A DNA stretch of 64,000 nt from Paraspadella gotoi (GCA_051294375.1 CM119264.1:4055392-4119391); one strand, 5' to 3'; shown: positions 38,941 through 51,868, counted from the first letter of the stretch. Made by a program: numbers and translations. The notes: generated from the sequence alone by a model not told the origin.

Positions 38941-40100
38941 TCGGAAGGCAGGAAGGGAGGGAGGAACGAAGAGATGGAGAAGTGAGGGATGTAAAGTGAA
39001 GGAACGTGGAGGAAGAAAAATGAATCAAGGAAAAGAAAATAAGTCGTAAAAAAAAGAAAATCTCAGAGAATAAAAAAAATGAAAGAAAAAAAATAATAAA
39101 GAAGAATTTTAAATAATAATTTTTTTTTAACGAATGAAAAAAAAAACGAAGATAAAAAAAGGGAGAAAAATCAAAGTCAGTATCTTAGGCAATGGGAACT
39201 ACAATACTTATCCTTTTTGTATACAGTTACTACAAAAATGTTTATTCATTCATGTAGCAATCGTAATTTTGTTGAATCAAAATTTCAAGTGAAAGCAAAC
39301 CCTTAAAACTTGCCAAAAAACATCTGACAGGATGAAAGGCAATCGTCGTTCATCTGTTTACACCTGCTATCGACGTTGATTCGTAACTGTTTGCACCTGT
39401 CGCCTTCGTAGATGCACATCGCGTTTTCCTTTTTTTTTCTATTTTATTTTTATTTTGAGGGNNNNNNNNNNNNNNNNNNNNNNNNNAGATCGCTTCGATC
39501 TTTATTTCGCAACTAAATATTTCAATATAATAGGGGGAGACGTCAATCTTCAGTAAGGAAAAGGTGGTTAATGCTAAAACATTTGAATTAAAGCCACCCG
39601 CTAAAGATGGAAATCTTTTTTGGAATCAAACAATTTAGCAAACCATTTTATTTAAAATTCTGTAATACGATCCAGTCACACTCTTCTTTAAATCATTAGC
39701 CGTCTCTCCCCATACTCCTCATCACTATCATCTTTTTTAATATTTTACTCTATAAATAATGCACACGGCTAAAAATTTTTTGATTTTTGATTTTTAAGAT
39801 CAGATTCAAGCGTCACTGCCTCTATCTAGCAATTCCCCCTCTAATCAAATACATGTCTATCATGATTGTACTTATAACAATCTTCTTCTTATCATCTCAT
39901 ATCATCTCTATCCTACGGTACACAAACACGTTCCTTACGTCACTAACTATATCTTCTTAAACTCTGCGTAGGATATTCTCATCCTTCCGATCTCAAACTT
40001 GCTCTCCCGACTCTTCTTTCTTCTCAGGAAGAAAATCAGAGTGAACGTTAATTGAAGTACGCGCTCTACAATTGAGCGCTATTAATTTATCTTCTTTTCT

Positions 40101-40385
40101 ATGTCTTGGCGTCTTCTCTCTCTCCTTCTTTGTGTCACGATCCCAACCGTAATAAATCCTTCACCTCCTCCTACTCCTCCGCTTCCTTTTCCCTCTTCAT
40201 CCTCCTCCTCTTCCTCCTCTCGAGAGAGAGAGGATCCAAAAAGATTCCATCTCTCGCTGAGACCGTTTCGGTTGAATCTGGCGAAAGGAGCGTTCGAGGA
40301 AAAAATGCCGCGGCTGACGGCGGCGGCGGCAGCGGCAGAGCCGTACGAACGTTGCGCTGGCAGCGGTTGTGGGCGGAAGGTGAAG
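40101..40385 (+). CDS. Candidate first exon of a secreted protein
   Basis: ATG start, signal-peptide-like MSWRLLSLLLCVTIPTVIN, CpG-rich, phase-0 donor AAG|GTGAGA at 40385/40386. No homology recognised. Confidence 0.3.
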
Positions 40386-40454
40386 GTGAGATTCTCCGAT
40401 GAAGGATAGAAAGAGAAAGAGGTAAGTTATCAAAGGACGTCTGACTTCATCACC

Positions 40455-40587
40455 AACAGGTGAGCAACACCGCAACGGAATTTTTAACGTACCGACCGAC
40501 GGACGGACCGACGGACGGACGGACTGATTGACCGAAAAGAGACTTATAGAGTCGCTCCGCGAGTAATCGCGGCGCAACTTAAAAAAA
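40455..40587 (-). mobile_element. Short Helentron/DINE-1-like non-autonomous element (HINE-like)
   Basis: + strand: AACAG, GGTG/CACC mini-hairpin, (GACG/GACC)n microsatellite, TTATAGAGTCGC, hairpin CCGCGA-GTAA-TCGCGG, GCAACTTAAAAA. Confidence 0.55.
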
Positions 40588-41326
40588 TGTTTAAATTTTT
40601 GTAATTCACTAAACAATTTCGATCGATATGGACAAGACGAAGCGAGGTTGGAAAAAAATGAAGAGAGAGAAATATCTGAAGTGAAATAACAAAAAGTTAG
40701 AAGAAAGGAAAAGAAGGAAAAGGAAAGGAAAGAAAAAGGATAGGAAAGGGTAAGAAGAATGGAATAGAGAAGTGATTTTTGGCAAAAGACAGAAAATGGA
40801 AAAGGCAGATTTAAAACAGCAGGTTTTCTCTTTAATTTTTCTTACTTTTTTTTACGTCGCAGTTTTAAGAGATTCCATAAAAGTTTCTNNNNNNNNNNNN
40901 NNNNNNNNNNNNNNNNNNNNNNNNNNNNNNNNNNNNNNNNNNNNNNNNNNNNNNNNNNNNNNNNNNNNNNNNNNNNNNNNNNNNNNNNNNNNNNNNNNNN
41001 NNNNNNNNNNNNNNNNNNNNNNNNNNNNNNNNNNNNNNNNNNNNNNNNNNNNNNNNNNNNNNNNNNNNNNNNNNNNNNNNNNNNNNNNNNNNNNNNNNNC
41101 AATTTCTCAAAGTTAAAAGAAAAAAAATTTCGTTTCTTTTTTAGTTTTAAATAATTTTATTTAAACATTCGAAACCAGCGAGACGTCGCGACGTAAAAAA
41201 ATCGAGGATCTTTTCATATGAAAACGTGGGATATTTAAAAAAAGAAGGGACGACAAAGTAGAGAGAAAGAGAGAGAGAAAAGGAGGATAGTTTTTATAAA
41301 AATCATTTAAATAAGGAAAAAAATTG

Positions 41327-41363
<37 letters not shown>

Positions 41364-41560
41364 NNNNNNNNNNNNNNNNNNNNNNNNNNNNNNNNNNNNN
41401 NNNNNNNNNNNNNNNNNNNNNNNNNNNNNNNNNNNNNNNNNNNNNNNNNNNNNNNNNNNNNNNNNNNNNNNNNNNNNNNNNNNNNNNNNNNNNNNNNNNN
41501 NNNNNNNNNNNNNNNNNNNNNNNNNNNNNNNNNNNNNNNNNNNNNNNNNNNNNNNNNNNN

Positions 41561-41727
41561 AGTGGATAAGAGCATGGGTATACTCGGGATTTGCGGCGAG
41601 GAAGCCACGGTATCCGGCCACCGAGCCTTTTGTCCACTCGAGGTCGCGGATCGGGAGAAATTATCTCTGATCAGAAGAAATCTGCGGATCAATAGAACCA
41701 AGTCCGGAAACTGTGATCTCGAATGGC
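41561..41727 (+). CDS. Candidate exon fragment between two gaps
   Basis: Open across the whole 167-bp island: DKSMGILGICGEEATVSGHRAFCPLEVADREKLSLIRRNLRINRTKSGNCDLEW. Non-repetitive, contains Cys and an NRT sequon. Confidence 0.3.
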
Positions 41728-42506
41728 NNNNNNNNNNNNNNNNNNNNNNNNNNNNNNNNNNNNNNNNNNNNNNNNNNNNNNNNNNNNNNNNNNNNNNNNN
41801 NNNNNNNNNNNNNNNNNNNNNNNNNNNNNNNNNNNNNNNNNNNNNNNNNNNNNNNNNNNNNNNNNNNNNNNNNNNNNNNNNNNNNNNNNNNNNNNNNNNN
41901 NNNNNNNNNNNNNNNNNNNNNNNNNNNNNNNNNNNNNNNNNNNNNNNNNNNNNNNNNNNNNNNNNNNNNNNNNNNNNNNNNNNNNNNNNNNNNNNNNNNN
42001 NNNNNNNNNNNNNNNNNNNNNNNNNNNNNNNNNNNNNNNNNNNNNNNNNNNNNNNNNNNNNNNNNNNNNNNNNNNNNNNNNNNNNNNNNNNNNNNNNNNN
42101 NNNNNNNNNNNNNNNNNNNNNNNNNNNNNNNNNNNNNNNNNNNNNNNNNNNNNNNNNNNNNNNNNNNNNNNNNNNNNNNNNNNNNNNNNNNNNNNNNNNN
42201 NNNNNNNNNNNNNNNNNNNNNNNNNNNNNNNNNNNNNNNNNNNNNNNNNNNNNNNNNNNNNNNNNNNNNNNNNNNNNNNNNNNNNNNNNNNNNNNNNNNN
42301 NNNNNNNNNNNNNNNNNNNNNNNNNNNNNNNNNNNNNNNNNNNNNNNNNNNNNNNNNNNNNNNNNNNNNNNNNNNNNNNNNNNNNNNNNNNNNNNNNNNN
42401 NNNNNNNNNNNNNNNNNNNNNNNNNNNNNNNNNNNNNNNNNNNNNNNNNNNNNNNNNNNNNNNNNNNNNNNNNNNNNNNNNNNNNNNNNNNNNNNNNNNN
42501 NNNTGG

Positions 42507-42566
<60 letters not shown>

Positions 42567-42732
42567 GAGAGAGAGAGGAGAAGGAGAGAGAAGAACTACC
42601 TAAAAATTGCTAGTTCATACTTAAAAAGTGAGTAGTTTTTCTTTGGGACGACGATGGACACTCGGACCAAAATTATTTTATAAAATAAAAAATGAAGGTA
42701 AACATGAACATAAAAATGACGATGAGACGAAT

Positions 42733-42775
<43 letters not shown>

Positions 42776-43986
42776 TTTCTGGATTGTTATCGTTGTTGCT
42801 GCAATTAGTGTCGCCGTCCGCATGCAGTAATTAATCAATTAATTAAAACGAATTCAAACGAAACTGAGTTATATTTTTTTTTTACCTCCTCGGATTCCCA
42901 TCGTCTTCACTTTTCTTTTTTTCTTTTTCTCTTGATTCTAGTTTTATTTTTATCTTTTTTCTCCTTTCTTCTTTTTATTTTTCCTCTTTCCTCCTTTTAT
43001 CATTTACTTTCCTACATCATTTTCCTTTTTTTTTCTCTTTCCTCCTTTTTCCTTTTTCTTCCTTCCTCATTTATGAAAATTTGCAAATTACTTGTTTCAC
43101 TATTTTTCATTTTCTATATTTAATATTTTAATATTTTTATGAAGGATTTAGTATTTAATCTATATATTTATTCAAACATATATTGCTTTCTTTTTTAAAA
43201 AATGTTTTATTTATCTAATAATACAATTTGGGAAGGGGAAGTCAGTGTTGTCTTCTGGAAAATAGAGGGAGCATTTATATTTTTCCTTTTTCCAGTCCTC
43301 TTTTTCACCATCAACATCCCCTCAGAAGTCTCTTCTCAAGATAACGAATAGAAATTAGGACGAATCATCTCTATTTCGTGAAGTGAAACTCGATGAGTCG
43401 TTGTCTGCTCTCACAATGTGTGAAATTAGTAACCATGCTTTCCTCCTCTGAAGCTTTTCTTAATTTCCTTTTTGGATAGCAAGAGAAGGATCTTCACAGT
43501 TTTCACCATTTTGGATCGATGATAAAAAGAGTTTACTATTTACCTTCCATTAAAATAATGGTGAAAAATACGTATATTAAATATTTATATATGTAAGAAA
43601 TGTGAATATTTTTTTAAACCAAATTTAAAAAAATAAATAACTAACTCAATTCAAAATAAAATCAAATTACTTAATACCAAAAATAGCAAAAAACTAAATA
43701 TGATTTTTTCCAATATTTTTCATTTGAAGTAGCAATCTTTTTTTGCCTGTTACTTCTAAACGATTTAGCCTACAACAAAATGAAAGGAAGCTACTGAAAG
43801 AAACTATGATATAGATTTGGAAATATTCTAATTTTTAAAAAAAAATTAATAAGTTTTCAAGTATCCTCTACTAAAAATGTGATATACTTTTTTCCTAGAT
43901 GGTATAATCTTGAACCAGGCAAGTTTTTATGAGTCGGCGACGATTTATGAAGATAGAAGGCAATTAGAATTCGGAACAGAAGAGCA

Positions 43987-44031
<45 letters not shown>

Positions 44032-44234
44032 TTCCTCCATGTCAGCGCTTAAACCCTCGGCACAATTTTTCGCCTAGAAACTTGGCACAAATCATGGAAA
44101 GAAAACATTGCGGAAATAGCAACTGACAAAGAGGCTAAGATATGTTGTTCACGAGAGGAAGGGAAACTTGAATGAAATTTAGGCCGCATCGAGAAAAAAA
44201 GGCTTTTGAAAAATGGGAAGAGTTAAAAGTTCAG

Positions 44235-44323
<89 letters not shown>

Positions 44324-44531
44324 GAAGAGAGAAAGAGAACACTCTTGTTCACTCTCCTTCCCTCCCTTACTTTTTCCCTCTCCCATCTTTTCCATTTTCC
44401 CTTCAAGGAATTCAGGTATTGCGTCATCCAAAATTCAGGTATTGCGTCATCCAAAATCTGCCTCATCCACATTTATGGCCTCTCGTTATATTCGTTTCTT
44501 CCTCCTCTATATCTTCCTCACCTTTCCTCAC

Positions 44532-45000
44532 CTTTTCCTCTTTTTCCGTCCATCATAATTTGTCCCCAGCGACAAGTGATTTTTAACTTCTTATCCGCGG
44601 CACCGGACGGCGCTGCACTCAATTCGATGGCGCATTGTCGATCGGCGCTGCAATCGATGGAATCCCGCAAGATGGCGTCGCAATATATTTTCTCCGCCGG
44701 GCCTTTTATATTCGACCGATTGTTGGCTCGGCTTTTCTCGTGGGCTCTGACAGACCGACGGACAGACAGTCCGACTGACGCCGCTGAACGGAGCAACGCC
44801 GGTTTGATGGAACGACGCCGCCGACGCCGAGTCTCGCGGGGTTCGATGGCGCCAAAACTCTGAAGAAAAGATTATGGGGAAAACGGAAAATTCGATGATG
44901 ATTGGAGGAGATGAATCGCCTTCTGTGATTGGTGGAACGTGAAGATACCGTTCAATGATTGGTCGGTATGAAGGATAAGAAAGATGATTGATTGGACAAT
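44532..45000 (-). promoter_or_regulatory. Putative minus-strand core promoter and first exon (CCAAT x4, E2F-like site, TATA, YY1-like site, splice donor)
   Basis: Minus-strand order: CCAATC at ~44990, ~44958, ~44928 and ~44900; TTTTGGCGCC 44857-44848; TATAAAAG 44710-44703; CGCCATCTT 44677-44669 (~30 bp downstream of TATA); ATGATGGACGGAAAAAGAGGAAAAG|GTGAGG donor at 44532/44531. Confidence 0.5.
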
Positions 45001-45074
45001 CGTGTGGAAGATTTTTTGGCGGACGGGCTAAGCAATAAAACAAGATATTTATGTGATTATAAAGAAGGAAGTTA

Positions 45075-45435
45075 TGATAGTGATTGTTTGAAATAACAAA
45101 GGCTAAATGATTGGTGATTTGGAAAAATAAAGGATTAATGATTAGTGATTGGTAGAAATAACAAAGGCTAAGTGATTTATGATTGGTAATTGGTTGAAAT
45201 AAAAAGGGCTAAGTGATTAGTGATTGGTGGAAATACGAAATTCTAAGTGATTGGTGATTGGGGTAAAGGACAAAGGCTAATTTATTGGTAATTGGTGGAA
45301 ATAAAAAAGTTAAATGATTTCTGATTAGTGGAATAATAAAGGGTATATGATTGGTGATTGGTGGAAATAGCAAAGGCTAAATGATTTGTGATAGGGGAAA
45401 ATAAAAAGGACTAAATTATAGGTGATTAGTGATTT
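45075..45435. repeat. ~33-34-bp minisatellite (~10 copies) carrying GATTGG (reverse CCAAT)
   Basis: Consensus TGATTGGTGATTGGTGGAAATAACAAAGGCTAAA. Anchors at ~45101, 45132, 45166, 45207, 45241, 45275, 45309, 45342, 45375 and 45408. Confidence 0.9.
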
Positions 45436-46584
45436 CTTCAGTTTTTCTCGGGATGATTCGTGAGCGAAGAGAATCTCAATGTGACTTTTGGGATTTTGTG
45501 ATTCATTCTTATCTGCGAAAAAAAAATTTCTTTGTCTAGATAAAGCTAAAATATAGAAATGGAGCGACCTATTTTGTCAAATTATTGTCATTTCAGCGGG
45601 ACATTTAATTATGGAGCGTAATTTATCATATAAACTGAATCGCTGGTTCTATTTACCAAAAGCACTACTTAAACCTGAACCTAATTTCAATGATAATACA
45701 TTTTGCCAATCCATTCATTTAATTAATCAATTATTAACTTTAAGCTAAACTTCTCTCCTGACTTTGAACAGGAGGCTGAGGTGATGAAAACATTGAGAGA
45801 TTTTACACTATTTATTTGCTGCTTTACACAATAATCTTCAGCGTCACAAAAACAGAAATTAGCTTTTCTTTGTATCCTTTTGAATTCTTAAAATTTCAGT
45901 TTTTTTTTATTTTTAAAAACAGATTGAGATTTGCAATAAAATATTAAGAAACTTTTATAAAATATGTTATATTATATGTTATATGATTATAAGTTATATG
46001 TTATATGATATGATGTATGATATGTCAAGGCCGCGAAAAAAGTTTAAAAAGTTTCTACTACAGGAGTTTAAAAAGTTAAAAACATAATCTTTTTTTCTCA
46101 TTTTTGGCCCTGAAGATATCAGAATTTTTGCTAACATGTTTTATATTTTTGGTTTAACTTTTAATATTTATTTTACTTCAAAATTAATTACTACACCTAT
46201 AATTATTATTATACCATTATTCAAGTAAATATCTCTATTAAACATACTATGGTGGGTTTAGTCTTCCTTTCTATTTCGAGGTCATAGCACCGTAGAACCC
46301 TGCATAGCTTGCGATGTTATTTGAAACTTTAGTTTTTTTTCATATCATATAAAAATAATATAAAAAAAAATAGAAATATTGAGAGAAGAAATGAATTTGC
46401 TAGAATAAATGAGGGTGAGAGGAAGTGTGAATGGAAAGGAGAGTGAATGAGGAAAAGTGAAGGAAATTCGACGGAGTGATCATCGCCTTTCACGGGGTGA
46501 AAATCGTGAAGACGAAGGGAGGAGAATGGGAATCGATGTGAATGCGAATGCGATGGTGAGGCGAAGGAGATTTAATGTGATAGT

Positions 46585-46825
46585 TCACCTGATGTATAAG
46601 AAGCTGTCACGTGATGTAAAAAGTATGTTACGTGATGTTACCAGTGACTGTGATGCAGAAGAGACTCTCAGGTTGTGCACATTGAAGAGACGGTCAAGTA
46701 ATGAATTTTGATGTAGAACAGTCTTTTAAATGATCCATAAGAGAGAGTCTGGTGATGTAGTAGAGGCTGTCACGTGATGTTGAATACACGGTCTCCTGAT
46801 GTAGAAGAGACGAAGAAGTGATTTC
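46585..46825. repeat. Degenerate ~22-bp minisatellite with GTCACGTGATGT core
   Basis: Minus-strand units such as TCTTCTACATCAGGAGACCGTG, TATTCAACATCACGTGACAGCC and TCTACTACATCACCAGACTCTC. TGATGT recurs throughout. Confidence 0.75.
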
Positions 46826-46934
46826 GCTGCGATGGAGATATTCTGGCCGCGTTCGCTTTAAGGAGCGGATTTTTGACGCTTCGTCGCGTTGAGCCTTCAC
46901 TCACCCATGACTCATCCCCCGCCCACCTTGCCTC

Positions 46935-47028
<94 letters not shown>

Positions 47029-47090
47029 CACGCCCTCCTTTCAAGAATCCGGCGAATTATGATTTTCCAGTGACGTGGATTCGAGGATGG

Positions 47091-47121
<31 letters not shown>

Positions 47122-47220
47122 AACCATCATCAATTTTTTGGTTGTTGTTGTTATCCACGTCAAAGAAAATCTTCCTCGTTGTGAGCGCCGATCTGGATCA
47201 GATCAATGACAACATCGCGA

Positions 47221-47454
47221 TTATCATAATCATTATCATTATTATCATCATTGTCATTATTATAGATTTGGCATTGTGCCTTTTAACACATATATCTCGA
47301 TATATTAAAGTCCTCCCCTTTCAGGATTTTATCAATAAACCCCCATCGGTTTACGGTCGTCCTCACGCTTTCCGTAGGTGAGGTCACGGGTTGAAATTGA
47401 ACTCAGTACCTTTTGGTCAGTAACGGATTGCTTTACTCAACGAGCCACTGTGTC
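47221..47454 (-). mobile_element. tRNA-derived SINE-like element with (ATG/TAA)n tail
   Basis: Minus strand GACACAGTGGCTCGTTGAGTAAAGC (A box), then AAGGTACTGAGTTCAATTTC (B box), a ~120-nt body and an ATAATGATGATAAT tail. Confidence 0.55.
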
Positions 47455-47717
47455 GAAATACATCTAAAGAATTACTTCACTAAGAGAATTACTCAAACAA
47501 AGAAGGAGTCTGTTCACTATCACAACCAACGACTGCGTCCATCTCAACCGACCCGTCTCTTCACAACATCACCCGCTCTCACTTATCCCCACCCGCCTCG
47601 TTCTCACCGATTGCCCCACTTCTGCTGCGGACCGAACCTACCCGTTCCTAACTTCGCCTTCCAACTTCGCTGGAGCGTAAACTTTCTTTCTTCCACAAGA
47701 CCGTTTCTTAAGCCCAC

Positions 47718-47765
<48 letters not shown>

Positions 47766-47767
47766 CA

Positions 47768-47826
<59 letters not shown>

Positions 47827-47961
47827 ATTTTGCATTGGGCCATGATGCCAAAAAATTTGCTCTGAAATCTGGATTTTATTACATTTTTTTCTTTTTCATT
47901 TTCTTATTATTTTTAGTTTTTTCCCCTTCTTTTTTTGTCCCTGTTTTATCCATCTCTCTCT

Positions 47962-47992
<31 letters not shown>

Positions 47993-48578
47993 CTCTCTTC
48001 TCTCTCTCTTCTCTCTCTTCTCTCTCTCTCTCTCTCTCTCCTCTCCCGCTCTCGTCCCATGGAATTATTCCCGATCGTTTTATGAATTTAAAAAAAAAAT
48101 TCCCTCGTTTTTCTAATTAGTAATCCTCTCTTTTTCTCTTATCTTCGTTTTCCTCCCTTCCTTTCCTTTCCTCCGCTTTCCTCCCTTCCTCCCCTACCCA
48201 CTTTTCTTCCATCCCGCAGATGAAAATGCCAAGGTCGATTAAATTCAACCCGGGGAACTTATCTCTTTCCCCTCACCTCGCTTAACCCCTTCCACTTTCC
48301 TATCTCTTACTTTTCTCATTCTCTATCTTTAATTTAGTGACGGACATTTTTTTTTTAATTTTTAAGATTTAAAAACTTAGTGGATGATGAAATAATACTT
48401 TATGTAGTTAACTTTCTGTCCAAGGAGTTATTCAAGTTAATCAAATTAAAATATCTTTAATCTTTTTCACCTTTTTCAATTTTTTTTATATTTTGGAACG
48501 CTCAATGTTTTTAAAATAAATATGTTCACCATCACCAGACGCGATTTCTATAATTTTTACTGGAACAGGTTCGAGCAT

Positions 48579-48609
<31 letters not shown>

Positions 48610-48631
48610 TATCATCATCATCATCATCATT

Positions 48632-48667
<36 letters not shown>

Positions 48668-48668
48668 T
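48579..48668 (+). repeat. (ATC)n microsatellite
   Basis: Near-perfect TCA trinucleotide run. Confidence 0.95.
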
Positions 48669-49443
48669 TCGTCGTCTTCTCCATCCCAGGTTCGAGTTAT
48701 ATCTTCCCAGGAAACGAGCGCCTCATTCCGCTTTTCTTCTCTCGCTATCTAATTTGCTCGCGGTTGTTCTTCGCTCGCGGTTCTACGTACTTCACTCGCA
48801 GTTCCCGGCTCTCCGCTCTCGACTCTCTCTGCTTCGCGAGGCCTTGAGAATCATTCATATCTCCCGCGGGACTCAGCCTAGACTCCTGCTTATATTACCG
48901 CGCCGAAGATAGAGAGGGAGCGGGGAGAGAGAACAATGGAAAAGAAGGAAAATGTTTTGATGATAAGTAGTAGAGTTAACTATGTAAAGATAAAGTACAT
49001 TTAAACACTAAAGCTAAAGAAGAGAAAAGAAAATAATACTGAGGGGACTCATTTGCATAACGACAAAGAGAGATTAAGATAAAGCAAAGTATTAATGAGA
49101 GTCAGTTTGAAAGTACATGAAAACATTTTCGCAGAAAAAGGGAGATAAAGCACCAAACTGAAAAAAAAATCTGGCAAAGCGAAAAGAAGCAATAACCTAA
49201 TAAAGTGAAAAAAGCAAAGCCAAAAAATAGGAAAGAATTCTAGTCCCCAAAAAAAAACCAAAAAACCAAAAAATGAACTTAATTATAAAGATAAAACTCA
49301 AAGACTGATCTGATAATAGCTAGATATAAAGCAAAAGCAAAGTACTCAACACCAGGAGGAGCCAGGGCTCGTAATCGCAAGGAAGCGTTATGGCTTACGC
49401 GGTTTCGCATAAAGGGAACGAATAACCGGCGCTCGTTACGGCT

Positions 49444-49475
<32 letters not shown>

Positions 49476-50125
49476 TCGGCGGCGGCGGCGGCTTCGGCGG
49501 CGGCGGAGATGGGAGATTCGATCAAATGTTGGCGCAGATGAGATGAGAGGAAAGGAGTTTGGATTTGATGAAGAGAAATTACTTTGTCGCTTGGGTCATC
49601 TCCTTTGTGATGTAAAAGGAAAGGGGGAAATTTAAAAATGTGATGCAAAAAATGGAGAAAATCTAATTTGAAATGATCACCTTTTCATTTATTTTTTCGT
49701 CATAACATACTTTTTTTTTCACTTCTTTTTTTTTATATTAAAATGAATTATTTTTTTCTATTTCTTTTTTTTAAGTGAATATGCATATATAAGTTTTTAG
49801 TATTTTTTTTTATTTCCATTTTTCATATTAAAATAATTCTTTTTTATTTCAAATTTTAAAACTTTTTTTCTTTTTTGAAAGTTGCATATGTAGTAAAGGA
49901 TGAAATTTTAACTTGGAAAAAAAAATTGACTGATGAATTGTTGTGTTCCTGATAAATAATCATCAAATTCCATGAAGTATTTAAAGATGAGGGAACAAGT
50001 TTTTATTCTTCTGAGGTCTTTAGATAATAAAACTTCGTAATTCTAATCATTAGATAATTTTCGATCACTTTTCCTTCCCTATGAATATCTCAACATACAA
50101 TAAGAATTAATAATTTTAAAACTTT

Positions 50126-50131
50126 GTTTAT
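50126..50131 (-). terminator. Candidate polyadenylation signal AATAAA for the PAM2-repeat gene
   Basis: TTTATT on + about 170 bp past the stop. A second AATAAA overlaps the stop codon (GAATAAA). Confidence 0.35.
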
Positions 50132-50299
50132 TTCTTTAAACAAAAAATGTCAGCAATTCGAATACAACAAATTGGAGTACAAAAAATAATATGAAATTAA
50201 CTTGAGAGCGACATTATTAGTTCCAATATATAAAATAGTCAATGGAAATTTTGTACTTGTTTAAGAAATAGATTCATTAATGAAAGAGAGAGAGAGTCT

Positions 50300-51868
50300 T
50301 TATTCCACAAATGGAAACAATTGATAAGCCCCGTATACCCCGACGGGCCACTTGATAGCCTTCACGGTCACGACTGACCCCTCCGGTCCCATGGGGGCGT
50401 CTCTGAGTCCGATCTTGATCGTTCCGTCTGCGTCTCTGTAGGCGACCCTGCACGTACGAGGACATTGTTGAGAAGAGCATCGAATCTGCATATCGACGAG
50501 GTTGCTGACGGTCGCCGAAGGTTGAGCTTGATTAACGGACAAGGCAGGCCCTGCTTGATTAACGGGGATGCCAGGCATAGCTTGAGCTTGGTTAACAGGC
50601 AACACAGAGAAGGCGGGCGCTGCTTGATTAACGGCCGCGATGGCGATGGCTGGCATAGCTTGAGCTTGGTTAACGGGCCTCAGGGAGAAAGGCTGGAGCT
50701 GCTTGCATAACGCCGCGATGGCGATGGCTGGCATAGCTTGAGCTTGGTTAACGGGCCTCAGGGAGAAAGGCAGGCGCTGCTTGGCCTGAAGCGGCGAGCG
50801 TGACGGGCGATGGCAGGCCCCGCTTGGTGAACGGGCGTGACGGCGATGGCAGGCCCAGCTTGGTTAACGGACCTCAAACACTGAAGGCAGGCCCTGGGCT
50901 TGGTGAACGGCCGTGACGGCGATGGCAGGCCCCGCTTGGTTAACGGGCATCACATTGAAGGCAGGCCCTGCTTGGTGAACGGCCGTGACGGCGATGGCAG
51001 GCCCCGCTTGATTAACAGGCCTAACGTTGATGGCAGGCTCAGCTTGTCTCACGGGCCTAACGGTGGCGACAGGCCTGACGGGAAGTTCAGGCTTGGCTGT
51101 CTGGACGCGCTTGACAGGCATGGCGGGATCTTGGGACTTGGCGGCGTGGACGCACTCGAGAGGCAAGGTGGGCAGTTCGGATTTGCCGGTGTGGAAGCTG
51201 GGACCAGGGGTTGTGTCGAAGCTCGACACGTTGAATAAGTTAAGTCTTGGGGGCTTCGCCAGGCCAGCGGTACTGAAGCGCCTGGCTCGGCCGGCAAGCC
51301 TAGGAGGCCTGACTGGGCTAGAGGAGCTTTCGGAGCTGGATGACCTGTCACGCCAAGCCTGCCTGATTGGCAAAACGGGGCTGGCGGAGGCGGAGGAGCT
51401 TGATCTTGATCTGGCGGGGCTGATGGGCCGGAATCGACGGGCTCGGCGGGTTCGGCATGGCGTGGAGGCGGACGGAATAGAGAGGGCGAATGTGACGAAG
51501 GAAGAGGGTGGATCGTGCAAAGCGGGCAAAGCGGGCAAAGCGGGCGGAGCGGGCTGAGCGGGCTGAGCGGGCTGAGCAGGCGGAGCGGGCTGAGCAGGCT
51601 GAGCGGGCGCAGCGGGCAGAGTGGGCGGCGCGGGCGAAGTGGGCGGAGTGGGCGGCGCGGGAGGAGCGGGCGGAGCGTGCAAGGCCGGCTCAGAGGGCAA
51701 GGCCGGCGCCGAGGGCATGTCCGGAGCCGTGGGCAAGGCCGCGGCCGTGGGCAAGGCCGGCGCCGTGGGCAAGGCCGGCGCCGAGGGCAAGGCAGAGCCC
51801 ATGGCGGGCCAGGCTTGGCCCGGAACGAAGGCAGACGCCATCGGGTTGAGATTCGAGCGAAATTCCAT
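50300..51868 (-). CDS. Intronless PAM2-motif, Pro/Ala tandem-repeat protein (~520 aa; apparent frameshifts at ~50700-50900)
   Basis: Start context AAAGATGG. N-terminal SNLNPMASAFVP fits the PAM2 consensus LNxxAxEFxP (E replaced by A). ALPSAP and PAQ repeats, SPARSRSSSS motifs, and 12-aa V(N/H)QAGPA(I/F)xVx(P/A) repeats that continue in register across 1-2-nt indels into the 50300-50734 ORF. Unique C-terminus with CSSQQCPRTC. GC-rich against AT-rich flanks. Confidence 0.72.

Noticed and set aside
41728-42503. ORFs of ~300-357 aa containing X runs (also near 0.2-1.2, 22, 30.5 and 41 kb)
   Set aside because: They span N gaps and are not real reading frames.
45075-45435. CRISPR-like periodicity (~33 bp); also considered for the 18-bp and 22-bp arrays
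   Set aside because: No identical repeats alternating with unique ~30-bp spacers, no cas genes, and a eukaryotic context.
46694-46900. YSTSRDS peptide resembling the RNA polymerase II CTD heptad
   Set aside because: The underlying unit is 22 bp, so frame is not maintained between units.
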